DNA from: an uncultured Acidobacteriota bacterium
Lineage (GTDB): Bacteria > Acidobacteriota > Terriglobia > UBA7540
Assembly: GCA_963804995.1 (NCBI GenBank)
Contig: CAWDSK010000003.1
Coordinates: forward strand, 1,056,001-1,120,000
Reading direction: 5' to 3'
DNA: 64,000 nucleotides
Part shown: piece after piece, positions 20,897-31,566 of the stretch
How positions within the stretch are numbered: position 1 is the stretch's first letter
Layout: each line of letters opens with the position of its first letter
Made by a program: the position numbers and the translations under genes
Notes under the pieces: generated by a model
The model's database searches: none
The model's input: only the letters and a program-made list of their open reading frames with translations
What the model was told of the DNA's origin: nothing

Positions 20897-22809
20897 GTTG
20901 CGGTAGGGATACCGGTTACCCGGTACCCCCCGCACGGATCCGTACGTGCGCTGGTTAGCGCATACGGCTCTTATCTCGGATGTGTGGCGGCGAACCGTTG
21001 GGATGGCCAAGGATGCACAACGTGCGGAGCAGGCAACCAGCAGGCCGCAAGCTTCCCCAGTCGGTCCCAGTTGAGGCGGTGGCGTTGACTGCGTTGACGC
21101 AGTTGTGTTCGCCACAGTCGGGTCAACCGTTCCCGAAAGATTCGCAGGCGGTCGAGGTTTCCCGGTACCGCGTGATAGTTGAAGTAGCCTTGCACGACCG
21201 ACCGGAGCCATTTACCCGTATCCGCGATGGGATCGTGCCGACGCTGCCGGAGTTGTTGCTTGAGTTCCTGCAACTTCCCCCGCAGGCGCTTGCTGATCGT
21301 CTTCCGCTTCACGGTAAATTGCCCCCTCCGGTTCTTCCCGCTGATATGCGTGAAGCCCAGAAAGTCGAACGTCTCCGGCTTACCTTCTCCTCTCCGTTTC
21401 CGGTAAAGTTCGGCAAACGGCCCGAACTCGATCCGGCGCGTTTTGTCAGGATGCAGTTCCAATCCAAACTTCCCCACCCGCTCCCGGAAATCCTCCAGAA
21501 AGCGGTCGGCTTCCGTCTGCGATTGGAATCCAAGGACCGTATCGTCGGCATACCGCACCACGACCACGTCTCCCCGGGCGTGCTTCTTGCGCCACGCCTG
21601 CACCCACAGGTCAAAGACGTAGTGCAGATAGATATTCGCCAGCAGGGGCGAGACCACCGCCCCTTGTGGCGTACCCATCTCCGTCTCCGACCATTCGCCT
21701 TCCTCCCTCACCCCGGCTTTCAGCCATTTCTGGATGAGCCGGAGAATCCGGGGGTCGGCGACGCGATGCTGCACGAACTTGAGCATCCATTCGTGGGATA
21801 TCGAATCGAAAAATCCACGAATGTCCGCGTCAAGAACGTAGTTCACGTGCTTCACCGTGAGCGCGTACGAGGGCGCGTCCAGCGCTTGATGCTGGCTGCA
21901 TCCCGGTCGAAAGCCATACGAGAAGCCCAGAAAGTCTTCCTCGTAAATCGCATTGAGGATGGTGACCACGGCCTGTTGGACGATCTTGTCCTCCAGTGCC
22001 GCAACCCCCAACGGACGTTGCCGCCCGTCGCCTTTCGGGATATACGCCCTTCGCGAGGGCTTCGCTCGGAATGCTCCGCGGTGGACCCGGCTGTGCAGAT
22101 CGACGAGTCGACCTTCCAGCCCGCTTTCATACTCCTGCCACGTCATGCCGTCTACTCCCGGTGCAGCTTTTCGCTTCAAGGCGTAAAAGCTTTCCCGCAG
22201 CAGATCGACCGTTAAGTGGTGGAGCAAGGCCGTGAACTTCATCTCCCTGTGTTCCTTCGCGGCTTTCCGCACACCCGCGAGTCCCTGGGACACGCGTGCC
22301 CCGCTCTGTGTCGGGTGCGTGTTAGGCCAACGGGTGTTCTCCTTGATCAGCGGCCTTCCCTCCTCATTCTCCGCCAACGGCTTCCCGTCTTTGTTCAAAT
22401 GATTCATCGGCACTGTTCCGCTGTCCGACTCCTCGAAAGCGTGCAGGCGGGCTGTACGGCCATCGCCTTTTCCCGCCGTCCGGCCACGATCTACGGCGGC
22501 CGGCGCCTCCGAGGTCTCCCGGTTCTCGTGCAGAAAGTGTCTAGGCGTGTCTGGGGTCTACGACTACGCAGGACTGTGCCGGAACTCGCGTTGGCGTCCC
22601 GGCCTCATGTTGCCTTCCGTTTAGTCTGAAAACGTCGGCGTCCTGATTGGACATTTTCGAAGCTCAATACCCAGCCCACCTATTCCCCTGTTTACGCTTC
22701 ACCGTGCGCCTCACGACGCCCAGCGCAAAACTCGGGGCCGAGTGGATCGCTGCTCCTTCCTCGTGAGAAATTTTCATTCTCTGCTTTCTGCCGGTTTATC
22801 CCGGCGCAC
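20897..22809 (-). mobile_element. group II intron, copy 2 (1913 bp)
   Basis: Same GTGCG...AAC boundaries as copy 1; about 8 substitutions seen by eye. Confidence 0.93.
20971..22407 (-). CDS. ltrA: group II intron reverse transcriptase/maturase
   Basis: As copy 1; residue differences include K/N, R/C, L/P, A/S and N/D. Confidence 0.95.
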   Translation of the reverse strand: MNHLNKDGKPLAENEEGRPLIKENTRWPNTHPTQSGARVSQGLAGVRKAAKEHREMKFTALLHHLTVDLLRESFYALKRKAAPGVDGMTWQEYESGLEGRLVDLHSRVHRGAFRAKPSRRAYIPKGDGRQRPLGVAALEDKIVQQAVVTILNAIYEEDFLGFSYGFRPGCSQHQALDAPSYALTVKHVNYVLDADIRGFFDSISHEWMLKFVQHRVADPRILRLIQKWLKAGVREEGEWSETEMGTPQGAVVSPLLANIYLHYVFDLWVQAWRKKHARGDVVVVRYADDTVLGFQSQTEADRFLEDFRERVGKFGLELHPDKTRRIEFGPFAELYRKRRGEGKPETFDFLGFTHISGKNRRGQFTVKRKTISKRLRGKLQELKQQLRQRRHDPIADTGKWLRSVVQGYFNYHAVPGNLDRLRIFRERLTRLWRTQLRQRSQRHRLNWDRLGKLAACWLPAPHVVHPWPSQRFAATHPR

Positions 22810-23161
22810 CAGACCTCCGTCGTTGAGGTCTGCGGTTCTTCGTTTGCCGATTGAATAAATGTATCGTGGTGCAGACGTCGGGTGGAAGATTTGTGGGTAT
22901 TCATTACGAAAAACCGCGGACCCCAAAACCGGGGGACCGCGCTACGAAACATGTCCGCGCTGCGCTTACTTGAATCAACCACCCTCGGTTGCCGCGGCGA
23001 CAGAGGAGGGACCGCGTAGCGGCAGGGCCCCCAGAGAAAAAATAAGCGCCTGATTACCCAAACGGATGTATAGTCATTTCGATAGTCCCTCAAGGCAAAA
23101 ACTTAAACCAGAGTCGGCGAAGACCCAGTGCATGAATTTCCATGAGGCGGAGGATAGAGTC

Positions 23162-24583
23162 ATGAAAACTCAACGCAAAACGGCGGTCAGAGTTCTGCTT
23201 GCTTTCGTCGCAGCAGCCTTGATCATACCTGTGGTTCGCACCTCGGGCGGACCGGCAAAAGGCCCGGTTGATCCTGGGGTGAGGGCAGGCGCGCCCAGTG
23301 CAGGCGATCCTCTCAAAAACCTTACGGCGGATGAAACCGCCTTTTTCCAGGATGGATTCGCCCGGTTCGCGGAAGTTGAGGCTGTGTCAGGAGGCGCGAA
23401 CAACGGCCTGGGGCCGCGCTTCAACTCCAACCAATGCCTGTCTTGCCACTCGCAGCCGGCTCCGGGCGGATCGAGTCCGGCGCAGAATCCCTTGATTGCC
23501 GTGGCCACGCTCAACGGGGCAAAGAACGTCGTGCCTTGGTTCATCACACCGAATGGCCCTGCCCGTGAGGTCCGCTTTAAGCGCAGTGTCAACGGCAGTT
23601 ACGACGGCGGGGTGCACAACCTTTTCGTTGTCACGGGCCGCAGTGACGCCCGGGGATGCAATATTCTTCAGCCCGATTTCCTCCCGGCTGGAAATCCGGT
23701 CACCGGCCAGGGCGGGAATTCCAATCTCACCTTCCGCATCCCAACGCCGATGTTCGGCGCGGGGCTTATCGAAGCGATCCCTGACGCGGCCATCCTCGCG
23801 AATATGCAAGCCGACCGGGGCGCCAAGTCGGACATGGGCATCTTCGGACACCCCAACGCGCACCTGGGCGGCAACGCGAACCTCAGCGCCAACGATGGAA
23901 CCATTACCCGCTTCGGTTGGAAGGCCCAGAACAAGTCGCTGTTGATGTTCTCGGGTGAGGCCTACAACGTGGAGATGGGAATCTCGAACCAATTGTTCCC
24001 CCAGGAGCGCGACGATACCCCTGGCTGTCTCTTCATCGCCACGCCCAACGACGCACTTAATTTCACGACCACGGCCACGGGCGCCACCAATCCGGCGGTC
24101 GTCTCCGACATCGAGGCCTTTGCCAACTACATGCGCATGCTGGCTCCGCCCACTCCCGCTCCCGACACGCCGTCCATCGTGAGTGGCCGCGCCGACTTCA
24201 TCAAGGTAGGCTGCGCCCAATGCCACACGCCCTCGTTAACCACGGGCCAGAGTATTGCCAGCGGCTCCTCGAGGGTGCCAAGTGCCGCCCTGTCCAATCA
24301 GAAAGTGGTTCTCTGGTCCGACCTTCTCGTCCACCACATGGGGAAAGGTCTGGCGGACGGCATCACGCAAGGGAGTGCCGGCCCCGATGAGTTCCGCACC
24401 TCGCCGCTCTGGGGCCTTGGGCAACGCATCTTCTTCCTTCACGACGGACGCACCACGGACCTGGTGGAAGCTATCGAGGAGCACAAGAGCCAGGGGAGCG
24501 AGGCGGACAAGGTCGTCGACCGCTTTAATCACCTGAAGGCGCCGGAGAAGCAGAACCTCCTCAACTTCTTGCGAGCGCTTTAG
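23162..24583 (+). CDS. di-heme oxidoreductase (DHOR-like) cytochrome c
   Basis: Signal peptide, GLGPRFNSNQCLSCH, RFGWKAQ, CAQCH and FRTSPLWG..FLHDGR motifs. Confidence 0.88.
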   Translation: MKTQRKTAVRVLLAFVAAALIIPVVRTSGGPAKGPVDPGVRAGAPSAGDPLKNLTADETAFFQDGFARFAEVEAVSGGANNGLGPRFNSNQCLSCHSQPAPGGSSPAQNPLIAVATLNGAKNVVPWFITPNGPAREVRFKRSVNGSYDGGVHNLFVVTGRSDARGCNILQPDFLPAGNPVTGQGGNSNLTFRIPTPMFGAGLIEAIPDAAILANMQADRGAKSDMGIFGHPNAHLGGNANLSANDGTITRFGWKAQNKSLLMFSGEAYNVEMGISNQLFPQERDDTPGCLFIATPNDALNFTTTATGATNPAVVSDIEAFANYMRMLAPPTPAPDTPSIVSGRADFIKVGCAQCHTPSLTTGQSIASGSSRVPSAALSNQKVVLWSDLLVHHMGKGLADGITQGSAGPDEFRTSPLWGLGQRIFFLHDGRTTDLVEAIEEHKSQGSEADKVVDRFNHLKAPEKQNLLNFLRAL

Positions 24584-24674
24584 CTGGATTTGTCACCCGA
24601 CTAAACGCAAATCCTTCCACGGTTGGCGCAGACCTCGGCTCTTGGGGGTCTGCGCTGGCCGCATCCTTACCTGC

Positions 24675-27600
24675 TCAAAACCGTACTTCAATTTGCAGTG
24701 CCCCTTTTCTCAGTGGCAACCGGATGCGCTGCTGCTCTGGGTCGAAATCGCGCCATGCCTGACCGTCGATCTCGACGGACTGGAGAGGCTTGCCGTCAGG
24801 GGCGCGGACCACGAAGTAGGCAGCCTGGTAGGGATTCCGCTCCGGCAGTTCGACGGTAATGTGAGCGCCCTCCCCGGTCGCTTCCATCCGATAGCTCAGT
24901 GGGCCAAAATACGTCGGGGCATTCTGAACTTCAATCTTCTGCCCGGGAGCGAGCCATCGTCGTGGGACACCCGCCGCCAGCCACAGCGTGTCTTGATCTT
25001 CGCGCACCAGCAGGTCACGCAATCGATTCACGAACTTAGCTTCGTCCGGAACCTTATAAAACGGCCCGCTGGGCGATCGCCACTGGCGGTATTCTTCGGT
25101 GAAAACATTCACATCCGGGTAATAACAGGCTACAAAGTCGTTGTAAAGGTTGCGCAGGGCCGCGGGGATTTCGTTGCGGCGCAAATAGGTGAGAATCGGA
25201 TTCTGAAGGTTGGCTTGAAAGACCATGCCTCCCCGGCTGAACCAATACTGGTCATCCACCCACCCGTGCACGAAGAGCCCCAGCGAAGTTGACATCGTCA
25301 GGTTATCTTCCCAATCATCCAGAACCCAGTTCGCCAGTGGCTCGTCGGCATGAAAGGTGTCCGTAGATAGTAGGATCATCGGCCCGTAGAGCGCCTCACG
25401 CGTGGCGGAAAGCCGGTAGGTGGGAAGAACTTTCACGGGATATCGCGAATAGTAACCAACCCGCAGGGGCCCGAAGAGCCGGATGCGTTGATAGGGCCGA
25501 GTCGGAACGTAGGGAATATAGGTGTTGTCGCGTAAACGCACAACGGGCGCAATCCGCGTAGCGCGCAGCACGGCATCGCGCAGGTCCTGCGTGTAGGCGC
25601 TGGCTTCCTGCGCGTATTGCCCGGCGGAGGGATCGCCCGCGTCAGACAGTGCTTGCGCAAGCCGCGTCATGCCTGCCGCCGCCAGGGCATTTACCGAAAA
25701 CCAATGGCCCCAATCGTCGTTGTCCTCCAGGTGCCCCGCGGGCAGCAGCCCATACTCAGGAATCTTTTCACCCGCATCGCGAAGCTCCGTGAGCTGCCGT
25801 TCTTTAACGACCCAATCCGCCGCCCTCTTCATGCTGGTCGCGGCCCGGCGGAGCCAGTCTTTATCGCGCGTGAAGAAGTAATGTTCGCCCAGCGCCCAGA
25901 GCACCGTGCCGTGGTCAAGGTTGTACTCCGCGGCAGTGTAGTCGTACTCGCTATTGACGCGCGCCCCGTGGTAGACCTCGCGCTGGTCACCCACAAAGGT
26001 CCCGGCAAAGGGCTTCGAACCCTGCAGGCGGAGAAAGGATTCAAGATACTCGGCCGCCAGCGCGTGATCGCCGAGGGCATCCAGCAGCACGCATTGGAAA
26101 GCCGCCTCATTGGCAAAAACAGTGTAGCCGTAGCCTGCCGCCGGAACCATGTAGAGGCCGCTCTTGGGATCCTTGGTGGTACTCATGCGCATGTGCGGAA
26201 TAATCGCCCGCGCAAAGCTCACAAAGCGCCGCTCCGGCACATCCAAGGGAATGGAGAGGGCAGTGACCTGCCGCCAGTAATCCACAACCCGGGCCCGTTC
26301 CTGTTCGTAATCGAGTTTCGCGAGACGCGCTCGCTCCTGGGGAGTGAGCCGGGGAATGAAGGGCAGCGAGAGGAACAGGCTTTTCGCTTCACCCGCTCGC
26401 AAGGGGATTTCCGCGTGAATCCCGTGCAGCGTTTTCGCTCCATCGGGAACGGCCACTGATAAGATTGGATTGGATTCCGCGAGGCGCACGCGCGCCCGAA
26501 CCAGTTGCCCATCCGCGTTCACAAGTTCGCCCTCGCGAAAAGAAAGTTCCTCATCAGGATCTGTGGCGAGCCACAGGTGTGACACCGCCGCGGCGGCGCC
26601 AGGATTGCGAGCAGTGACCTTCAGCATTAATACAGCGGGCATCTGTTCGTTGCGCTGCGGGTCATCGGGTCCCAGAGGACCTGAAAGCAAAGTCGCGAAG
26701 CCCTCCTCGCGATATTCAATTCCGTCGGTTGTCCACAGCGCCGTGGCCACCGGGAGGTAATCTTCCAACACGGAAAGTTTTGAATCTCGTGACGCCGGCC
26801 GGTACTGCGGCGTCCTGCCCGTTCCGATGCGCCAGGAGATGCGGTCGCCCTTCCACTCCAGCCGCCGCAATTCTGCTCCCTTCGCCTTCGTACCGGATTT
26901 GCTGATGGTGATGTTGCCTCCCCATTCAAAGGCAAACTTCTGCCAGCTTGCGTCCGCCGCGAGGGGAAGATACAGCCTGCCCCCCTGCCGCTCCACCGGA
27001 TCGAGCGCCGGAATCTCGCTCGAAGCGCGTTCATAAGTTTGCTCGGGTTCGGTTGCGAGCTTTTCGCGAATCTTCTCACCCTGACGGACGAGGGAAGGCG
27101 AATACTGGCGCGCGTCAGAAGCCAGCGTCACATAGGCGTGAAAGTCCGGAACGTAGACGGGCCCTTTCTCGACATCCGGCGTGGCGAAGGAGAAGGTGCG
27201 ATCTCCCGCCTCGAGCGTAACCACCGTCACATCCTCGGAACCGGGCAGCGAGGGTTCCGCGGCCACGACATTCACGATCAGCCCTTTCGGCTCACCTTGT
27301 GTGGTGACGCGGAATCGATCCCCCTCCGCCGTGTCCCCGGCGCTTCCCTTCCAAATTCCCACGCTGGTGAGTCGCCCGTTGTACACGCGAACTGTGCCCT
27401 GCCAGGTGTGGGCGGCTGTCTCTCCCGCACCCAGTTCCAATCGCAATTCCAGCGGCTCTTCCTGCGATCCGCTGAATACTTCCACCTTCTCTAGGAGCGG
27501 CTTCGAGGCGAAGACTATCCGCAGCTTGAGCGTCCGCCGATAGTCCACGCCCGGCAAATTTTTCGCCTTGGGATTTTCAGCCGGCGCAAGGGGTTGAAAA

Positions 27601-28025
27601 GTGAAACTACACGTCGCGCCGTGGCAATCGGCTTTCGTGGCCGCGCGTAGCCACCTTCCCTGCCAGGGATCATCCACGGGGTCTTCGATAGTAGGCATCT
27701 GCGGCGGCGGGTAAGGCCATTGACGGAACCAGTACTGCACGCTGGCGGGCCAAACTTGTGCGCCAGCCTGAAATTGCACGCGCACGGTGCGGATGTCGCG
27801 CTCCTCGGCCCATTCGAGGCCGTAGATGTATCGGCCATCCGCCGCCTTCTCAGCCTCACTTCCGGCGCGCTGCGCCTCAAGGTAATCAAACGCGACGGGC
27901 AAAGAATGCTGGTCGGCTACGCAGCAACGTTGAGCAAAGGGGGCGATGTCAAAATCGGCAGCGTGGGCTGAAACACCTGCGAGAAGCAGGCAGAGCCACC
28001 AGAGGGTGATGTCCTTCCGCTTCAT
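24675..28025 (-). CDS. large secreted protein, probable (alpha/alpha)6 glycoside hydrolase-like
   Basis: Signal peptide MKRKDITLWWLCLLLAGVSAHA; C-terminal features (HYFFTRDKDWL, GLLPAG, LAAGVPRRWL, APTYFG) like six-hairpin glycosidases. Confidence 0.6.
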   Translation of the reverse strand: MKRKDITLWWLCLLLAGVSAHAADFDIAPFAQRCCVADQHSLPVAFDYLEAQRAGSEAEKAADGRYIYGLEWAEERDIRTVRVQFQAGAQVWPASVQYWFRQWPYPPPQMPTIEDPVDDPWQGRWLRAATKADCHGATCSFTFQPLAPAENPKAKNLPGVDYRRTLKLRIVFASKPLLEKVEVFSGSQEEPLELRLELGAGETAAHTWQGTVRVYNGRLTSVGIWKGSAGDTAEGDRFRVTTQGEPKGLIVNVVAAEPSLPGSEDVTVVTLEAGDRTFSFATPDVEKGPVYVPDFHAYVTLASDARQYSPSLVRQGEKIREKLATEPEQTYERASSEIPALDPVERQGGRLYLPLAADASWQKFAFEWGGNITISKSGTKAKGAELRRLEWKGDRISWRIGTGRTPQYRPASRDSKLSVLEDYLPVATALWTTDGIEYREEGFATLLSGPLGPDDPQRNEQMPAVLMLKVTARNPGAAAAVSHLWLATDPDEELSFREGELVNADGQLVRARVRLAESNPILSVAVPDGAKTLHGIHAEIPLRAGEAKSLFLSLPFIPRLTPQERARLAKLDYEQERARVVDYWRQVTALSIPLDVPERRFVSFARAIIPHMRMSTTKDPKSGLYMVPAAGYGYTVFANEAAFQCVLLDALGDHALAAEYLESFLRLQGSKPFAGTFVGDQREVYHGARVNSEYDYTAAEYNLDHGTVLWALGEHYFFTRDKDWLRRAATSMKRAADWVVKERQLTELRDAGEKIPEYGLLPAGHLEDNDDWGHWFSVNALAAAGMTRLAQALSDAGDPSAGQYAQEASAYTQDLRDAVLRATRIAPVVRLRDNTYIPYVPTRPYQRIRLFGPLRVGYYSRYPVKVLPTYRLSATREALYGPMILLSTDTFHADEPLANWVLDDWEDNLTMSTSLGLFVHGWVDDQYWFSRGGMVFQANLQNPILTYLRRNEIPAALRNLYNDFVACYYPDVNVFTEEYRQWRSPSGPFYKVPDEAKFVNRLRDLLVREDQDTLWLAAGVPRRWLAPGQKIEVQNAPTYFGPLSYRMEATGEGAHITVELPERNPYQAAYFVVRAPDGKPLQSVEIDGQAWRDFDPEQQRIRLPLRKGALQIEVRF

Positions 28026-28143
28026 GTGACCTTCTCCTCTCGCGTCCACAGGTTTCCCTCCTCTTTCCCCCAACCCTATCCCGGCGGGGGTCAAGGTTAG
28101 CAGTTTATTGACGATTCTGCTGAGTGTTGTTGGCGTGCGCGGA

Positions 28144-28329
28144 GGGTAGCCACGGTCAGCGATTTTCTGACCGTGGGTTCTTCTAGCGGTGGTCGAGTTA
28201 AAGGAATTTTGTTCTGGATAAGGCGACGGTGGCGGCGTGTCCCATCCAGATTGACCATGTGCGGATGAGGCTGGGATATCGGGCATCAGAAATGCCCACG
28301 GTCAGAAGATCGCTGACCGTGGCTACCCC
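28144..28329. repeat. inverted GTAG-REP doublet
   Basis: GGGTAGCCACGGTCAGCGATTTTCTGACCGTGG and CCACGGTCAGAAGATCGCTGACCGTGGCTACCCC. Confidence 0.75.
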
Positions 28330-28492
28330 GCTTCACGCGACGCCCCGTACTTTGGTACCAAGGCAGCAGAAGAATTTTCCTTGATTCACCCTCCAGTTTG
28401 TAGTTTATTACGCCGAGATTCACCACGAGTAGATTGGCTGTGCCGTTCTGGTATGCAGCTATGTTCGCTTCACCTTATTGACGGAGACCTTC

Positions 28493-28663
28493 ATGGCAAA
28501 TCCATGCAGCAAGTGTAATGGTACGGGCAAGTGCCCGCAGTGCAAGGGGACCGGCCACTACGGCTACCCCGGCTTCGGCCCGGTGAAGGCCTACCCCCGC
28601 CAATGCATTCCCTGTCAGAGCTCGGGCGTCTGCCCATCCTGCCGTGGCACCGGAAAGCGGTGA
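28493..28663 (+). CDS. 56-aa stand-alone DnaJ-type zinc-finger protein
   Basis: Four CxxC(xGxG) units: CSKCNGTG, CPQCKGTG, CIPCQSSG, CPSCRGTG; GGAG RBS. Confidence 0.8.
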   Translation: MANPCSKCNGTGKCPQCKGTGHYGYPGFGPVKAYPRQCIPCQSSGVCPSCRGTGKR

Positions 28664-28737
28664 CGGCAGCAACCCCTGCAGTTCCTCGCTCCTAGCTGAC
28701 TTGCTGGGCGGACCGAGGCGAACGGAGGAATCGAAAA

Positions 28738-29148
28738 ATGCTTGAGCCACTCCCGGAAAAGCTGGAACGGGCCTTAAGCCGCACTCTCGCCCCGAACGAG
28801 CAAGTCTTCATTAAGCTGCGGGGCGCGTTCAAGGAGGCGCTGGTCTGCACCAGCCTGCGCATCATCATCCTCAAGGCAGGCTGGATGACGGGCCAACTAT
28901 TTGGGACGGGGATGTTCCAGTGCCCCTACGCCAACGTGGCGGGGGCGCAAATCAATTTTCGTGTCCTCACCGGCTATTTTGAGCTTTCGACGGGTGGCAT
29001 GCAGAACACCCCGAAAAGCTTCTGGAAGACCGACCAGGGCATCAGCGCGGCCAAGGCACCCAACTGCGTCACGATTAGCGGTCCGCGACACGCCGAGATG
29101 TTCCAGGACGCATGCACGTTCATCATGGCGCGGGCGTCCCGGACCTAG
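28738..29148 (+). CDS. bacterial PH-like domain protein
   Basis: LAPNEQV..EALVCTSLRIIILK..YANV pattern; GGAGG RBS. Confidence 0.6.
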   Translation: MLEPLPEKLERALSRTLAPNEQVFIKLRGAFKEALVCTSLRIIILKAGWMTGQLFGTGMFQCPYANVAGAQINFRVLTGYFELSTGGMQNTPKSFWKTDQGISAAKAPNCVTISGPRHAEMFQDACTFIMARASRT

Positions 29149-29165
29149 CCTTCGGAAAATTACCC

Positions 29166-31430
29166 ATGACAGCATCTTCGAGGATTGCCAGGCGCATCGC
29201 AGGGATCTTGGCAGCGTGCGCTCTCGCCCTGACCATCTTCTTTAACCCCCAAGCGCATGCCAAGGACAAGGCCCCAAAGGGCGAACTCGAGCATGCGCTC
29301 GTCGGCCAACTCGTCACCTCGAAGATTCTGCTCGGCGCCAAGGCCAGACCCAAGGGGGTACCCTATGATGTAACCGTCCACACGCTCGTGAACGCGGAAA
29401 CCGGCGAAATTGCATACCGAGCCGAAGACCTGCTGGTGTCAGCCGAAGTGCGGCAGGGCGAAATGCAGCATTACTTTGCCAACGGCACGACCTTTCGCAT
29501 AACCGGCATCCACATCAAGGGCAACAGAATAGAAATCAAGTTGGAGGAACTAAGAGGCGGGCCTACAGAAGTGAAGCTCCTGATGGGAAAGGGCTGGCAA
29601 CCCCAATATGATGTCGCCTCCGTTCAATCACAGCTCGCCCGAGTCTTCAACTTTGAGCCATCAGGACAGCAACCGATGGAGGCCGGGCAAGTCCCACGGC
29701 CATCAGAGCCGGCGGAGACCACGACGCAGGCCATCACGCCAGCCACGCCCGCCGCTACTGTGGAAACTCCTGCTCATCAGGTTTCCCTGGCGGCGAATCC
29801 GGCAATCCCTCCAGTGCAGTCAGAACCAGCAAGCCAGGTGTCCATGCGGGTAGCTTTCGTAGATTGCGATACGCCTCAACAGGTGGACCTGTACTCGTCT
29901 CCCACTTTGTCATCCCCATTGGAATCATTGCAATGTGGGGAGAGGGTTACGCTCCTTGACGAGGGGCCTGTGTGGGTCAAAGTGCGGACACAGAGGAATG
30001 TGGAAGGCTACCTATCAAAATACTTCCTGAGATATGGCGAGTCTCTCCCTATCGGACGATCACCGGCAGAACCGCCTGCCGGTCCTGGGGCTCAGCCCGA
30101 TTCGGAGCAACCGGAACCCGCCAGCAACCTTTCAACACGCCCGGCTCACATTGATTGCAAGTCAAGCGACCAGTTGTACCTGTACTCGACTCCCGATTTG
30201 TCATTCGTGGTCAAGTCATTGCAGTGCGACGAAAAGGTTACGGCCCTTGACGAGCAAAACGGGTGGGTCAAAGTCCGGACAGAGCAGAATGTGGAGGGGT
30301 ATCTGTCGAAAGACTCTCTGGCCTATGACGAATCTCCCTCTCTGCCCCAATCATCGCCGCAACCCCCCGCCACCTACACTTCTATCGCTAGACAGGCAAG
30401 CAGGGCGGATGAGGCATGGAGTTGGTACACATACCTGCTTGCCTGCCTTTTGCCGCTGGCTGGTGTTGTACTGTTAATTGGCTTGGCGAGGGCTTCGAAA
30501 AAAAGGCAGCAGGCAGAAGAGGTGAGACGCAGGCAGGAGAAGTTTCGAGTGGAGGCGAAGAACCGGGAAAGGGCGGAAAAACGCGAGAAGGAAGAGCGAC
30601 GCCGCAGAAACCAGGAGGACCATGAACGGGCAGCGGACAAGCGTAAATATGGTGAACTGGTAGCACGGTTTACCGACTTAGTGGCGACTGCGGGGCCTCA
30701 AGCTGAGGAGATATGGCGTGCGGGCCTCGTGCTCGTTGGAAAGAATTACGAGAAGAAATCCGCGTCCGACTTTGTCTTTGCAGATGTCGTGCAAATCCTC
30801 ACCATCGTCTCAAAGCTGAGGGAAAACGTTCCGTTTGAGTTGGGAAGGTTGTGCTCGGCGATATACGGCGGCCTGGAGCCTGAAGCGTCCACCTCAGCGG
30901 AGCAGTGCAACACTTTGATTGACGGCATGCGCGGGGCATCCTATGCACCCGATGTGCCTCACTTGGTGAAAATGCTAAACACCTATGACCAGCAGCAGGG
31001 TACTCGGCTGGCTGCAAAAGCTGCGGAAGCCTATTGGGCGCTCGTTCGTGCCGCGTGCGAAGCCGTGGACAGCAAGCTGGGAGTGGCGACAAAACTTGTG
31101 CAAGACAAGTACCTTTACTTCCTGAGCCCATACTTTTCCGGCACCGACGGCGATGGGGATGGTGAGCAGAAATCCCGGTCGAATGGCGGCGCGGACGATA
31201 GCCAGAGCCGCTTCGGACTGTGCCCCGAGTGTCCGGAAAGCTATGAAGTGCTGGGGGTTGGCCCCAGTGCCACCAGGGAGGAGATTAAGACCGCATACCG
31301 GGACCTTGCCAAGATTTTTCACAGCGACCGCCTCCAAGACTCTGAAGACCGGGTACGGCGGAAGGCTGAGGACAAACTCAAAGACATCAATCAAGCGTAT
31401 AGCCACCTCTCGTCGCACTGGAAATCGTAG
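29166..31430 (+). CDS. signal peptide + 2x SH3b + TM + coiled coil + CxxC + J-like domain (HSD)
   Basis: Repeated WVKVRT..NVEGYLSK; TM YLLACLLPLAGVVLLIGLA; C-terminal YEVLGV..AYRDLAKIFHSDR..INQAY. Confidence 0.8.
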   Translation: MTASSRIARRIAGILAACALALTIFFNPQAHAKDKAPKGELEHALVGQLVTSKILLGAKARPKGVPYDVTVHTLVNAETGEIAYRAEDLLVSAEVRQGEMQHYFANGTTFRITGIHIKGNRIEIKLEELRGGPTEVKLLMGKGWQPQYDVASVQSQLARVFNFEPSGQQPMEAGQVPRPSEPAETTTQAITPATPAATVETPAHQVSLAANPAIPPVQSEPASQVSMRVAFVDCDTPQQVDLYSSPTLSSPLESLQCGERVTLLDEGPVWVKVRTQRNVEGYLSKYFLRYGESLPIGRSPAEPPAGPGAQPDSEQPEPASNLSTRPAHIDCKSSDQLYLYSTPDLSFVVKSLQCDEKVTALDEQNGWVKVRTEQNVEGYLSKDSLAYDESPSLPQSSPQPPATYTSIARQASRADEAWSWYTYLLACLLPLAGVVLLIGLARASKKRQQAEEVRRRQEKFRVEAKNRERAEKREKEERRRRNQEDHERAADKRKYGELVARFTDLVATAGPQAEEIWRAGLVLVGKNYEKKSASDFVFADVVQILTIVSKLRENVPFELGRLCSAIYGGLEPEASTSAEQCNTLIDGMRGASYAPDVPHLVKMLNTYDQQQGTRLAAKAAEAYWALVRAACEAVDSKLGVATKLVQDKYLYFLSPYFSGTDGDGDGEQKSRSNGGADDSQSRFGLCPECPESYEVLGVGPSATREEIKTAYRDLAKIFHSDRLQDSEDRVRRKAEDKLKDINQAYSHLSSHWKS

Positions 31431-31566
31431 CAAGGACCGCAGGTTTGTGGAGAGAGTGCATGCTCGGCGCGACTGAACAGAAGAGGTAGTAAGAACGGTA
31501 ATTCCATGTGCGCGGGCTCCCGGATCTTCTCACCAAGCTGCCCCGCTACGTCCGAAGGGAACGAAA

